Assembly: GCA_965208125.1 (NCBI GenBank)
Contig: OZ242320.1
Location: 4,832,001-4,896,000 of the forward strand
Direction: 5' to 3'
DNA: 64,000 nucleotides
Source: Candidatus Latescibacterota bacterium
GTDB lineage: Bacteria; Latescibacterota; UBA2968
Part shown: positions 27,347-37,148 of the stretch, piece by piece
How the letters are laid out: every line of letters starts with the position of its first letter
How positions within the stretch are numbered: the first letter of the stretch is position 1
Position numbers and translations under genes: made by a program
Notes under the pieces: model-generated
What the model was told of the DNA's origin: nothing
What the model saw: the letters and a program-made list of their open reading frames with translations, nothing else
Database searches by the model: none

Positions 27347-29047
27347 TCACAGCGCGAGAGCAATGCCTATCCCGACGATGGGGATGAGCAGGTATTTGAG
27401 CAGTCCGCTGCGTTTGCCCTGGATGTTGCCGAGAATGGATGTTTCTAATTTTTTATTTCCTGTTTTGTAATACAGGCATTCCGTACCTGGGGTCGCGGCA
27501 ATGGCAGTAACCCCGGGCCAAACGGGTTTGATGCCGCTTGCAGGATAGAGAATAATATTTTCGCGGTGGCGTTTGTAATCGCCCATTTTGACCAGAAGTG
27601 CGTATTCGCGGCCAAAAGTAATCTGATCGGGTTGAACAATCGGGCCGAGTTCGTCCCCGACGACGGTTTGCAAGCGAACCGTATCCGACGCGGTTTTGGC
27701 GGTGGGTAACCAAAGACTGACACGCGGTGAGATAGGTAGAAAAGCGGGGGCATCTGAGATGCGGAATGAAATGGGAATGGCCATATTTTGCGTATCTTTG
27801 AGCATGTAATGGCCTTTGGGAAGGGTGAGGGAAAACTCTTGCTCCCGATTGGCGATATTGTCGTTCAGGATGTGTTCGGCAAGCGCAACGAGGCTGTCGT
27901 GCATGGCCTGTTCGTGCGGCGATGTGGCCGGGGGCACGGGTGCTGCTCGCGTGAAGCGCACCTGTTCAAAGCGCAGGGTATTGGGGTGCATGTTGCGAAT
28001 GGCGAGATAGGCCGCATTTACGTTGACATCTAATCGCCCGAGGCGCGTGTGCCATTGTTCAGCAAAGCGCGTGAGATCGCCCAGGCGGGACTCGTTTTCC
28101 CCTGGAAGGGGATTGGGTTCTTGTTCAATGGGAAAAGGAGAACGCCCCCGGGCTTCTTCAAAGAGTGCGTGAGCTTCTGAGAAGCGGCGGTATTTGCCGA
28201 GTACAATGCCGCGGTACACGTCAATTTGCGACAGCGCACGGAGCAGGCCGCGTTCGCTTTTTCCCATAAGACGCATCGTGCGTTCTAATTCGCGCGTCTG
28301 GTGGCTATAGTATTTCAGGTCTTTGATAAAAGGCGTCAGGCGCGGATCGCTGAGGCGGATAGACGCATTGGTTTCAACTGCGGGGACTGTTTCGCCAATG
28401 GCCAGGGCAGCGGCGAGGAGTTGCGCACTTTCGGCGAGGTATTGATCTGCGATATCCACGAGACCGGGTATGGACAATGCCGTGAGTGGCAGCGGATTGC
28501 GGGTAAGCCTAATTTCTATGAGTTTGCCACGCGGGGGCAGAAAGAGGTCTTGTTCGATGAGGTTAAAGCCGGGTTTGCTGATTTCGAGGCGGTATTTGCC
28601 TACAAAAAGGTCCGACATATAAGCCACATTGCCGCGGCCGATGTTGATAAACCCGGTGATGGTCGTGTCTTGATCTGCAAACCGAAGGTGTATTTCCGCG
28701 CCTAAGGCCGCGAGTTGATCTGACCGGATCTCCAGATGCGCTTTCTGGCGCGTGAGCGCAATATGCACCGTATCTGCCAAAACGGTTGTCGTAAATGTGC
28801 GCGTCCAGGGCTGGTAGCCGTGTGCATACGCCTGAATTTTATCGCCAATGTCCAGCAACTTTTCTGTGACAAATGGCGTATAACCCGCTTCCTGCCCGTT
28901 GATGAAGACCTGAGCACCTGTGGGTTCTGAGCGGATGTGAATCTTTGTCTTGAGAAGCGTCCTCGGCGCAGGCTCTGTTTCTTGAGCCTGGATATGGAAC
29001 GGTGTGGTCAGCAGGATGCAAAATAAAATGAATTTCAGGGTGTTCAT
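27347..29047 (-). CDS. Secreted PEGA-domain protein with C-terminal hydrophobic tail
   Basis: Start ATG 29047 overlaps the upstream stop. Signal peptide MNTLKFILFCILL. IRSEPTGAQVFING...G.TP and GKYRLEISKPGF are PEGA-like. Tail YLLIPIVGIGIALAL. Confidence 0.75.
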   Translation of the reverse strand: MNTLKFILFCILLTTPFHIQAQETEPAPRTLLKTKIHIRSEPTGAQVFINGQEAGYTPFVTEKLLDIGDKIQAYAHGYQPWTRTFTTTVLADTVHIALTRQKAHLEIRSDQLAALGAEIHLRFADQDTTITGFINIGRGNVAYMSDLFVGKYRLEISKPGFNLIEQDLFLPPRGKLIEIRLTRNPLPLTALSIPGLVDIADQYLAESAQLLAAALAIGETVPAVETNASIRLSDPRLTPFIKDLKYYSHQTRELERTMRLMGKSERGLLRALSQIDVYRGIVLGKYRRFSEAHALFEEARGRSPFPIEQEPNPLPGENESRLGDLTRFAEQWHTRLGRLDVNVNAAYLAIRNMHPNTLRFEQVRFTRAAPVPPATSPHEQAMHDSLVALAEHILNDNIANREQEFSLTLPKGHYMLKDTQNMAIPISFRISDAPAFLPISPRVSLWLPTAKTASDTVRLQTVVGDELGPIVQPDQITFGREYALLVKMGDYKRHRENIILYPASGIKPVWPGVTAIAATPGTECLYYKTGNKKLETSILGNIQGKRSGLLKYLLIPIVGIGIALAL

Positions 29048-30420
29048 GGGGAGGTGTCCTGTTTTTTGCTGAGTAGCGCGCTGCTGTGCTTTTCTTCGAG
29101 TTGACGCGCTTGCACATAGTTTCCCTGACTTTTGGCAATGCGATGAAATTCTTCCCAGTAGCGTTCTGGCGCGATACGATAGGCCATTTCCGCGGCCTGG
29201 TATGCTCTCGCTCCCACATTTTGCAGGTCGGAGTTGAAATAGGCAATGGCCAGAGTAATCAGGGCTTCGCCGCGGTCTTGCCATCCAAAGGATGTCACGG
29301 GATAAATGGTTGAAATCGCCTCGCGGTACGCGCCTTCTTTGAGTTTTACACTCGCCAAACTAAGCGAAAGCCCGCCATAGGTATCGCACACTCTCGGTTC
29401 GTATTGGTTGTGCGCGTATGCGTATTTGGCATATTCAACAGCTCTGGGCAAGTCGTCTCGGTACGCGGTGAAGGCCATGTCGAGATAGAGGGCGGCGCGA
29501 GAGGTGTCGGATCTCGCATAGACCAGAGCGCGTTGCATGGCGTGGATTGCGCGGTTGGCTTCTTCTTCTTTGCTGTGGCGCAATCCCTTGAGGCGGTAGA
29601 TGGCACAGCGCATGTTATAGCCGCCGTCAAAGCGCGCGGCAGCGAGCACTTGATTGAACCAGTCGGGGTTATCGCCCAAAATGCCGCGGGAAGATGCGGC
29701 GGCAATTTTGGGGATATAAAAATCGGGTTCTATGCCTTCAAAATTGGCCTGTCCGGCGGTCTCGATCAAGTTCAAGCTGTTTTCGATATAGACGCTTAAA
29801 TAAGCCTGAAGGGTGTCACTCATGGTGCTGCGTTGAGGCGCCGCATAGACAATTTCCTTTTGCGTTCTGCCGAGAATCGCCATCCAAATGTCGCGCAGAC
29901 CACCCTCTGCGAGATGCCATATTCGGTGCAAGGAGTCAATTGTTGCGGGTTGAAAGCGCGTGGGTATCCAGGTGCTGTCTCGCAATGCTGGCGGAGGCAA
30001 ATCCAGCAGCAGGGGTTGGCGGTTGTTTTCGCGCTCGAGCACGAAGTTGGCACGCGCCATCGCGTATTTGACAGTGAGACGTCCCAATTCGTAGCGAACA
30101 TCGGGGTCTTGCTCGCGGTCGAGTGCCGTGCGGTAGGCGTCGGCACTTTTTCTGAGCAGGTCCAATCGGTTAGGCGCGTCCTGGCCCGTGTCGTAGGCGC
30201 GCTCGCCTGCCGTGCCCAGCCAGATATAATAGGCACTGGTAAAGATGAGGGCCTGGTTGCACGCGTGCTCAAAATGTGCGACGGCTTCGAGATATCGCCC
30301 GCTCTCATAAGCACTGCGGCCCTGCTCGAAAGCCTGATAGGCGAGGGCGTCGTCCTTTTCCTGGGCAAGGACAAGGGATGGCAAAATCAAAAAAGCGAGG
30401 GTAATGACTATTTTTTTCAT
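29044..30420 (-). CDS. Secreted tetratricopeptide-repeat protein
   Basis: Signal peptide MKKIVITLAFLILPSLVLA. TPR-like helices (AFEQGRSAYESGRYLEAVAHFEHA; AADAYRTAL; AYQAAEMAYRIAP). Confidence 0.75.
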   Translation of the reverse strand: MKKIVITLAFLILPSLVLAQEKDDALAYQAFEQGRSAYESGRYLEAVAHFEHACNQALIFTSAYYIWLGTAGERAYDTGQDAPNRLDLLRKSADAYRTALDREQDPDVRYELGRLTVKYAMARANFVLERENNRQPLLLDLPPPALRDSTWIPTRFQPATIDSLHRIWHLAEGGLRDIWMAILGRTQKEIVYAAPQRSTMSDTLQAYLSVYIENSLNLIETAGQANFEGIEPDFYIPKIAAASSRGILGDNPDWFNQVLAAARFDGGYNMRCAIYRLKGLRHSKEEEANRAIHAMQRALVYARSDTSRAALYLDMAFTAYRDDLPRAVEYAKYAYAHNQYEPRVCDTYGGLSLSLASVKLKEGAYREAISTIYPVTSFGWQDRGEALITLAIAYFNSDLQNVGARAYQAAEMAYRIAPERYWEEFHRIAKSQGNYVQARQLEEKHSSALLSKKQDTSP

Positions 30421-30428
30421 AAGCGATC

Positions 30429-31790
30429 TCACGAATTGCTCAGGGCGCGGTTGAGAAAGCGGATGCCCCGGCGCGCTTCGGTTTCTATGTGAAGGGCTTT
30501 GTCCATACCCGAACGTGCGAAAATCTGAATGCCGTCGAGTCGGCCCAGTCGAAATGTGAGGATAAATGCAACACCGTCGGCAAATTGTATTCTGGCTTTG
30601 TTTGGCGCCAATGTGAGTTGGGTATTTTCATAGATTCTGTTTTGAGGCGTTTTCAGTCGAGAAAGTGCGCGCTGGATACGGGTCAAGCGCACGAGTTCTG
30701 CCGAGAGACCAGCCGATGTATGAAAATTGGAAAAACCAATGCGTCCCGCTGGCCGGTAGCCTTTGAGATCGGTGGATTCCGCTTGTTGCTCGGGCTGATC
30801 TTTGCCTTTTGATGGCAATGTGGCAGGGGTGGGTGCTGGCATACTCATAGTGGCGCGCGCGACATGGACTTCTGGCCGCGAACCAAAAAACGACGATGGG
30901 TTTGCACCTCTGTCCAGATTGGGTGCCGAGACGCGGGGTGGTGTTTTCAATCCACCGAGCGACATGCCGAGCGGCTTATCGAGTTGACGCGGAATATCGG
31001 GTAGTGATGCAAGTGCCAATTTCGGTTTGTCTGGCAGCGCGATTTTTGGACGAGGCGCAGGCTTTGGGGCAGCCTGAACCCGGGGTTCAGGATCTGGTTT
31101 TGTTATGCTGTCTTCCTCGCGTGTATTTTGGTTCATGTCAAAGATACCCTGCGCGCTTACGAGCATTTCTTCAAAATTTGTGACAATGGCTTTGAATGCC
31201 CGCCCCCCCTGGGGAGGACTGAGTGCCAATAGCAAGACGATGCCCAGTGCAAACGCACCGGCCAATGCGGGCAAAAAGCGTTGTTGTGTGCGTTGAATAG
31301 GGGCATAGGGTAACCGGATGGACTGCGATTGGAGGGCTGTCGCCTGGACAGGAACAAGGGCGATGGCGATTTCTATTTCATGCCGGCGATTGGGGTAGTG
31401 CGTCCAGAGTTTGGAAAGCCCCAGATAGTTCTGTTTGGCTACAAGCGCGCATGCTTCGTGAAAGATATGGCCTTTGTAGAAGCGGTTGATGATTTCGCGT
31501 GAGGGCAATTTAAAATGGCTCGATGGCGAAATCTGCCCGATGCACTCCTCAAAGCTGTCGGTTTCCGCTGGGGGGACATAACCCAGGTCTCGCAACTGTT
31601 TGAAGAGGTGTTTGATGGCCTGATGATAGTCACTTGCAAAGTCTTCGGGCGAGGGATAATTACATGCTCGACGCGCCTCAGATAAGTTGCGAGTGCGCAG
31701 TGTGGCAGATAACACGCCAAAGAGTTTGGGATGGTCCCGGCGCATGCTTTTAGCAGCGCTCTGGATCAAATTTTTTTCACGGGGAGACAT
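30429..31790 (-). CDS. Bitopic membrane protein: ~170-aa cytoplasmic domain, one TM, Pro-rich TonB/TolA-like spacer, small C-terminal domain
   Basis: TM FLPALAGAFALGIVLLLALS. KPDPEPRVQAAPKPAPRPK...PAPTPA spacer. Follows the exbD-like gene. Confidence 0.6.
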   Translation of the reverse strand: MSPREKNLIQSAAKSMRRDHPKLFGVLSATLRTRNLSEARRACNYPSPEDFASDYHQAIKHLFKQLRDLGYVPPAETDSFEECIGQISPSSHFKLPSREIINRFYKGHIFHEACALVAKQNYLGLSKLWTHYPNRRHEIEIAIALVPVQATALQSQSIRLPYAPIQRTQQRFLPALAGAFALGIVLLLALSPPQGGRAFKAIVTNFEEMLVSAQGIFDMNQNTREEDSITKPDPEPRVQAAPKPAPRPKIALPDKPKLALASLPDIPRQLDKPLGMSLGGLKTPPRVSAPNLDRGANPSSFFGSRPEVHVARATMSMPAPTPATLPSKGKDQPEQQAESTDLKGYRPAGRIGFSNFHTSAGLSAELVRLTRIQRALSRLKTPQNRIYENTQLTLAPNKARIQFADGVAFILTFRLGRLDGIQIFARSGMDKALHIETEARRGIRFLNRALSNS

Positions 31791-31798
31791 ATTCTATT

Positions 31799-32329
31799 TT
31801 ACAATTTTCTTTTTTGACTTTCAAGCCCCCATTGCACAGTCTTAAATCCGCTGCTGTTGAGGGCGTCGTACACACCAACGGTATAAGTCACGGTTGCATC
31901 GCGTTCAAAATAGAGGCGCACCAAAATGTCATTGGGCGCAAATCCGTGTTGCGTCTGTAGTGCGAGTAAAGCTTTTTTTACGGACAAGAATACAGCGCGT
32001 TCAATGCCAATCTGGTCGTTGTCTGCGCGGTCTTGAAAGACCATGTGTTCTTCGGTGGCAACGCCGCCTTTGTCAAATTGCACATAGGATTTCCCGATGA
32101 TGATCTGTAAAAATCGTTCATCCGTGGGGTGGGGGGCAGAGCCTTTTTCATCGGGTGCTTTGATAAAATTGAGTTTTTGTGCGTGGACAAAGCGGTTGTG
32201 CAAATTGGCGAGATGGGTTTGCCACACATTCTGAATAATAAAAAATGTAAGCAGCAAAAACAAGACATCAATAAACCCTTCGCCAGTGTCTAATAGTGCT
32301 GCCAAAGGTCGCCTGTTGCGATGTCTCAC
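31799..32329 (-). CDS. ExbD/TolR family protein
   Basis: N-terminal TM FIDVLFLLLTFF with the conserved Asp. C-terminal V.....DA.....V.V.D.L...G...V pattern. Confidence 0.75.
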   Translation of the reverse strand: MRHRNRRPLAALLDTGEGFIDVLFLLLTFFIIQNVWQTHLANLHNRFVHAQKLNFIKAPDEKGSAPHPTDERFLQIIIGKSYVQFDKGGVATEEHMVFQDRADNDQIGIERAVFLSVKKALLALQTQHGFAPNDILVRLYFERDATVTYTVGVYDALNSSGFKTVQWGLESQKRKL

Positions 32330-32330
32330 A

Positions 32331-33584
32331 TCAATCTCCTATTCCTTTCCTTTCACCTGTGTCTATCTGATAAAAGTGCTGAATCAGGTCGAGCATGCGC
32401 GCCCGATGTTGCAAGCTGCGGGCTTTGGTTTTGCGTATGAGGATCATGGATAGAATGCGTCCGAGAAATCCAATAGCTGTTGTGACGAGGGCAAAGTTGA
32501 TGTAGTGTGCCATTTTGAGCTGGGTTTGAGCAGGGCCTTCACCCACTTTCATGGTGTCTTCCAAAATTTTGAAGGCATCTATCATGCCAATCACTGTGCC
32601 CAAAAGGCCCATGGAGAGCGATAGAAGCCCCAACATGCCAAATCCTTCGGATAGGCGATCTTCAATTTCATCAAAGAGAAGATAGATTTTGTCGGTACAT
32701 CGCTCGACCAATCGGGCCTGATCAGATGCGATTTCAGATTCGACAGATGTGAGGATAGCATAGAGTTCTGTGTTTTCAGATAGGGCGTAATCGGCGTTGT
32801 ATTGACCGCCCCATAGGAGGTTAATGCCCTGCTTCTGAACGATTTGCGCGTCGGAATTGGTGAAGAAGCGGTCGGATGACAGGTCATGAGACAAAACCTG
32901 GGCATAACGCACAACCATATAGAAAGGCAAAGCGATCAAGAGCAGGATCAAAACCGTAGAAAGTGGACCGCTGATGTTGGAGATATAGCGCCCGATGGAT
33001 TCGGCCAAATCACCGCCGCGAACAACCGTGGGTACGGCATTGTCGGCTGCAAACGCGATTTGAATGTCCTCAAACTTATATTCGACCATCTGCGTATTGG
33101 GCGCAATGGGACCAGCGGCTGTATGGTCAAAGTCCATCGCATAGCTCCGATTGTTGTGTCGAAAGCTCAAATCGTCGATCACGGCACTGTGGCTGGCATT
33201 GCGCGTGCGAATGACGAGGCTATCGACGGGCACGTCGGGTATTTCGATCCATTCGCGTTGCGTGCCGGTGTGATAGGTTACGTCACTTCCCTGTGTGTGT
33301 ACGATTACGGCGATGGGTAAAAAGCGATCTACATTCTTGAAACGGATATCTGTGACTGCAATTTTTTGTTTTGGATTGTCGGGTTGTTGGAATGTGACGG
33401 TAAGTGCCTTCCAAAAAGTTCCCCCCTGAAGGACTTGCCCACCTTGCAGCCCGGTGATAGCTCCATCGAGCCAGATTGCTGCTTTTGTGCAGATATAAAG
33501 GCCAACAAAAAGGGTAGCGAGATAGAGTGCTACCTGGGCAATGGGATTCTTTTTAAGAATGGGATGATTTAGAATCTGTGCCAT
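32331..33584 (-). CDS. MotA/TolQ/ExbB proton-channel family protein with extra N-terminal TM and extracytoplasmic domain
   Basis: MGLLGTVIGMIDAF and ALVTTAIG motifs. Start ATG 33584. Confidence 0.85.
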   Translation of the reverse strand: MAQILNHPILKKNPIAQVALYLATLFVGLYICTKAAIWLDGAITGLQGGQVLQGGTFWKALTVTFQQPDNPKQKIAVTDIRFKNVDRFLPIAVIVHTQGSDVTYHTGTQREWIEIPDVPVDSLVIRTRNASHSAVIDDLSFRHNNRSYAMDFDHTAAGPIAPNTQMVEYKFEDIQIAFAADNAVPTVVRGGDLAESIGRYISNISGPLSTVLILLLIALPFYMVVRYAQVLSHDLSSDRFFTNSDAQIVQKQGINLLWGGQYNADYALSENTELYAILTSVESEIASDQARLVERCTDKIYLLFDEIEDRLSEGFGMLGLLSLSMGLLGTVIGMIDAFKILEDTMKVGEGPAQTQLKMAHYINFALVTTAIGFLGRILSMILIRKTKARSLQHRARMLDLIQHFYQIDTGERKGIGD

Positions 33585-33733
33585 GTATTCTCGGTATTTG
33601 GGCATGCAATAAGAAATCTCCACGTATATGGTATCAGAGACCAATTTGCAAAATTTAAGGCTTTATTCCGAAATTATCCACCAAAACTTTTAACCATACG
33701 GGGCGAGAATGATTCGGTTCTGACAACTGAAAG

Positions 33734-33780
33734 AAGCCCCATCTAAAATCGCTTGCACGATCTCGGATGGGGCTTTTTTT
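33734..33780. terminator. Terminator hairpin downstream of the cupin gene
   Basis: AAGCCCCATCT...GGATGGGGCTT plus T-run. Confidence 0.65.
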
Positions 33781-33798
33781 ATACTCATCAATTTCTTT

Positions 33799-34530
33799 TT
33801 ATGCAGCGATAATCATATAGCTAAACCATTCGCTGTGGGGATTTTTGATGTGATAGGATGTGCCGGGGGGTAAGTGAACCACATCGCCTTCAGTGATGTG
33901 CTGTTCACCCTCAGATGTGACGAGGATGCCCCTGTTTTCGAGAATCCAGAAGCCGAGTTCTATGTCGTCATAACATCGCGCAATACTCTGCTGACCGGGT
34001 TGTACGGCTTCTCTGTCGATAAAGGCGATGGATTTTAAGCAGCCCGTATTTTCTTCGCCGACAGGGCCAAGTTGATGCCAGCGAATCGCGCCTGCGCCAT
34101 CGCTTACGGGCAAAACGTCTTCCCAGTTGCGGATCACACATTCGCCTCCGGGTTCGGTGTCGATATTTTTGCTGAGAACGAGGTGCTCGAGCCATTCGTC
34201 GTTCATGTCGTTGAACATCTGATGGTAAATATCCGCGGGCAAATACACGGCGTCGCCGGGACGTACGGCAAAGCGGTCTTCTCCTACGAGAACTTCGCCG
34301 CTGCCGCTGATGATATAGTACGCCTGTTCAGTTTTGGGGTGTTTGTGGTGGTCAGAGGTTTTGCGCCCTTGAAGTCCGTGTTTGACGATGCCCTGTATAT
34401 TGTGCAACTGCGGGGAGTCGTCTTCACTGTGTTTGGGCGTCGCATTTCTCTGTCTTAATCCCGGCCAGCGAATCGCGCTCAGGTGCGCCACTTCGGGTTG
34501 CTGGTCTCGCCAGTTTTTGATGTATGCCAT
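33799..34530 (-). CDS. Bicupin protein
   Basis: H.H...EQAYYIISGSG...PGDAVYLP...H in the first cupin. The second cupin is degenerate (EGDVVHLPPG). Confidence 0.85.
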   Translation of the reverse strand: MAYIKNWRDQQPEVAHLSAIRWPGLRQRNATPKHSEDDSPQLHNIQGIVKHGLQGRKTSDHHKHPKTEQAYYIISGSGEVLVGEDRFAVRPGDAVYLPADIYHQMFNDMNDEWLEHLVLSKNIDTEPGGECVIRNWEDVLPVSDGAGAIRWHQLGPVGEENTGCLKSIAFIDREAVQPGQQSIARCYDDIELGFWILENRGILVTSEGEQHITEGDVVHLPPGTSYHIKNPHSEWFSYMIIAA

Positions 34531-34645
34531 GTTTGCCTCTTGTAAGTGTGAAAGAATTTTCGGATTATCTAAGTTAATACGATTGTCTTGTGCCGCAATT
34601 CAAAAGTAGGTAGGGACTCTCGTGTAATGAAAAAGGAGATCGACA

Positions 34646-36106
34646 ATGCATGATCCCTATTCACTGATTGGCGTGCGTTCATTTATCAATTGCTGTGGTA
34701 CGCGAACGATTCACGGAGGGACGCTGATGTTGCCGCAGGTGCGCGAAGCGATGATGGCTGCTTCGCACTTTTTTGTCAATATGGATGAGCTCATGGCGGG
34801 GGTGGGTAAGCGTTTGGCCCTGCTCACGGGAGCAGAGTGGGGAATGGTGGCCTCTGGCGCGGCGGCATGCCTGTGTCATGCAACAGCAGCATGTGTGACG
34901 GGTGGCGATCCCGAGTTGATGTTTCGGTTGCCCGATACGAGCGGGATGAAGCGCGAGGTCGTCATGCCCAGAGAAAGCCGATTTACCTATGATCACGCCA
35001 TTCGTTCAGTGGGTGTGACAATCGTGGAGGTGGATAATCTCAGGGAAATGGATGCGGTGCTCGATCGGGAACAGGTGGCTATGGTCGCCTTGCTGGGGAC
35101 CTGGGAGGCGGATATGACGCTTGAAGCGATTGTTGACATGGCGCGTCCGAGAGGTGTCCCCGTGCTGGTCGATGCAGCGTCGGAGCATCTCCAATCTCCT
35201 GAACCATATACCAGTCGCGGAGCGAATTTGGTCGCTTATAGCGGCGGCAAATACCTGCGCGGACCTCAGCCTACGGGCTTGTTATTAGGCGATCGCGACC
35301 TTGTCGAGGCCGCCTGGGTGCACGCTGCACCACATCATACGCTTGGGCGTGCGATGAAGATCGGTAAAGAGGAGGTTATGGGCATTTTAGCGGCAGTGGA
35401 ATATCTGCTGGTGGGACGCGACCCCGAGCGGGAATTCGAGGGCTGGATTGCCGATCTCGAGACGATTGTGCGGCATGTAACGCGTGTATCGGGTGTAGAA
35501 GCTGAAATTCTCGCGTCTGATCAGTCGGATGTTCCCAGGGTGGAAATCCGTTGGGATGGTGATCGCATTGGCCTGACAGGTCTTGAATTGCGCGAACAAC
35601 TTTTGTGCGGTGATCCACGCATTATGCTGGATGATCGAGGGGCAACGGATACGTCTATTTTTATTTTGCCATTTTCGCTACAACCTGGGGAAGCAGATAT
35701 TGTTGGCATACACATTCGCGATGCATTATCCCACGCGCCTTTATCCTCGAAAGAAAAGGAGCGAGAACCCATTGATGTCTCGGGTACATGGGAAATTGAA
35801 ATCGCGCTGGTTAGAAAAACAGCGCGTCATCGCGTGGATATCGAGCATATTGCCGGTGTTTTAACAGGTACTCACCAGACGCGCTGGCTAAAAAATGCGC
35901 TAAATGGCTCGGTGAATGGAGATGAAATCGCATTTACGAGCCAGCATCGGTTTGAGGGAACCCATCTGTCTTATCGGTTTGTGGGCACAGTGTCAGGTGA
36001 CGAAATGCGCGGCGAAGTTGAAATGGGCAGTTCGGGACAGTCTGCACCCGGGCCGTTGAATCAGCGCGAATACGGCACAGCGAGATGGCGGGCGGTGAGG
36101 CAATAG
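34646..36106 (+). CDS. SelA-like / DgaE-like PLP-dependent enzyme with C-terminal beta-barrel extension
   Basis: INCCGTRTIHGG, SGAAA, YDHA, VDAA, YSGGKYLRGPQ (PLP lysine), GRAMKIGKEE. Confidence 0.85.
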   Translation: MHDPYSLIGVRSFINCCGTRTIHGGTLMLPQVREAMMAASHFFVNMDELMAGVGKRLALLTGAEWGMVASGAAACLCHATAACVTGGDPELMFRLPDTSGMKREVVMPRESRFTYDHAIRSVGVTIVEVDNLREMDAVLDREQVAMVALLGTWEADMTLEAIVDMARPRGVPVLVDAASEHLQSPEPYTSRGANLVAYSGGKYLRGPQPTGLLLGDRDLVEAAWVHAAPHHTLGRAMKIGKEEVMGILAAVEYLLVGRDPEREFEGWIADLETIVRHVTRVSGVEAEILASDQSDVPRVEIRWDGDRIGLTGLELREQLLCGDPRIMLDDRGATDTSIFILPFSLQPGEADIVGIHIRDALSHAPLSSKEKEREPIDVSGTWEIEIALVRKTARHRVDIEHIAGVLTGTHQTRWLKNALNGSVNGDEIAFTSQHRFEGTHLSYRFVGTVSGDEMRGEVEMGSSGQSAPGPLNQREYGTARWRAVRQ

Positions 36107-36126
36107 GCCATTTGGAGACCAGAGCG

Positions 36127-37119
36127 CTATCTGGAAACGGATACAGTTTTTCCAGTTTTACCCGATTCCATTGAGGCAAAGATGAGTGCCATTGTTTTGC
36201 GTACATCTTGCGCTGATGCTTGCGCGAGTGGGCGATTGTCGCGGATGGCTGTGAGAAATTCGAGGTGTATGGTGGGTTCGCCAGCGAGGTGAACGGTTTC
36301 GGGTATGTGCTGTTCTTTGCCATTGAGCAATAAAGGTCCGCTGGTGCCGTTGAGGTGAATGACGCCTTCATCGCCCATTACGGTCCATTCCGTGCCTGCA
36401 CGATGGTGAAATGAGAGGGTGCAGTTGAGGATGGCATTGCTTTCTGTTGTGGCGATGAGAGAGACTTCGTCTTCAATGTCGATATCGGGGTGTGGATCGA
36501 TATTTTGCACGATTGCCGAGACGGATACGGCTTTTTCGTCTATCCACCATAAGAGTACATCGAGCGAGTGGACGCCAATGCCGGGTAGAATGCCGCCCGA
36601 CAATTCTTGACGCGCAAACCAGCTATTTTCGTCGCCGCCGCGACCCGATCCAAGTCTGCGGTGGATGACGTGGCGAATTTTTCCCACAGCTTTTTCTTCG
36701 AGTAGCTTTTTGACCTGGCGAATCGCTGTTGAAAAACGCTGGCTCTGTCCAGACATGAGCAATTTGCCTTTGGCTTCGGCGGTAGCGATCATGTCATCGA
36801 CATCTGCGAGGGTAAGCGCCATGGGTTTTTCGATGAGGGTGTGTAATCCTCTTTCGAGACAGGCAATGGTGTAATCGCGGTGCAGGAAGTTGGGCACGGC
36901 AATAATTGCAGCATCTGCTTCCACGTTTGCAAGCGCGTCGTCGAGGTTGTCAAAGGTAGTTGACACACCATATTGGGTTTTTAGATTATTGCGTGCGTCT
37001 TCGGATGGATCAACACCGGCGACAATGATGCCGAGTTCTCCCAGGGATTCCAAACCGCTGGCATGGCTTAAAGCCATGCGCCCGCAACCGACGAGTAAGA
37101 TGCGAATAGGAGTTTTCAT
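36127..37119 (-). CDS. Gfo/Idh/MocA family oxidoreductase
   Basis: VGCGRMA, EKPMA, GGILPGIGVH. Confidence 0.9.
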   Translation of the reverse strand: MKTPIRILLVGCGRMALSHASGLESLGELGIIVAGVDPSEDARNNLKTQYGVSTTFDNLDDALANVEADAAIIAVPNFLHRDYTIACLERGLHTLIEKPMALTLADVDDMIATAEAKGKLLMSGQSQRFSTAIRQVKKLLEEKAVGKIRHVIHRRLGSGRGGDENSWFARQELSGGILPGIGVHSLDVLLWWIDEKAVSVSAIVQNIDPHPDIDIEDEVSLIATTESNAILNCTLSFHHRAGTEWTVMGDEGVIHLNGTSGPLLLNGKEQHIPETVHLAGEPTIHLEFLTAIRDNRPLAQASAQDVRKTMALIFASMESGKTGKTVSVSR

Positions 37120-37148
37120 CGCGTTCTCCATTTACTGGATGGGTAGGA

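Noticed and set aside
29048-29284. N-terminal extension of the 645-aa ORF
   Set aside because: Overlaps the TPR gene. The signal peptide begins at ATG 29047, which couples to the upstream stop.
31799-33584. Zorya (ZorAB) or flagellar MotAB
   Set aside because: The partner is ExbD/TolR-like with no OmpA-type peptidoglycan-binding domain, the A subunit lacks a long cytoplasmic tail, and no zorC/D/E or flagellar genes are present.
34646-36106. Selenocysteine synthase selA / Sec recoding locus
   Set aside because: No selB, selD or tRNA-Sec is nearby, the sequence is of the shorter SelA-like type, and I found no in-frame TGA read-through candidates.
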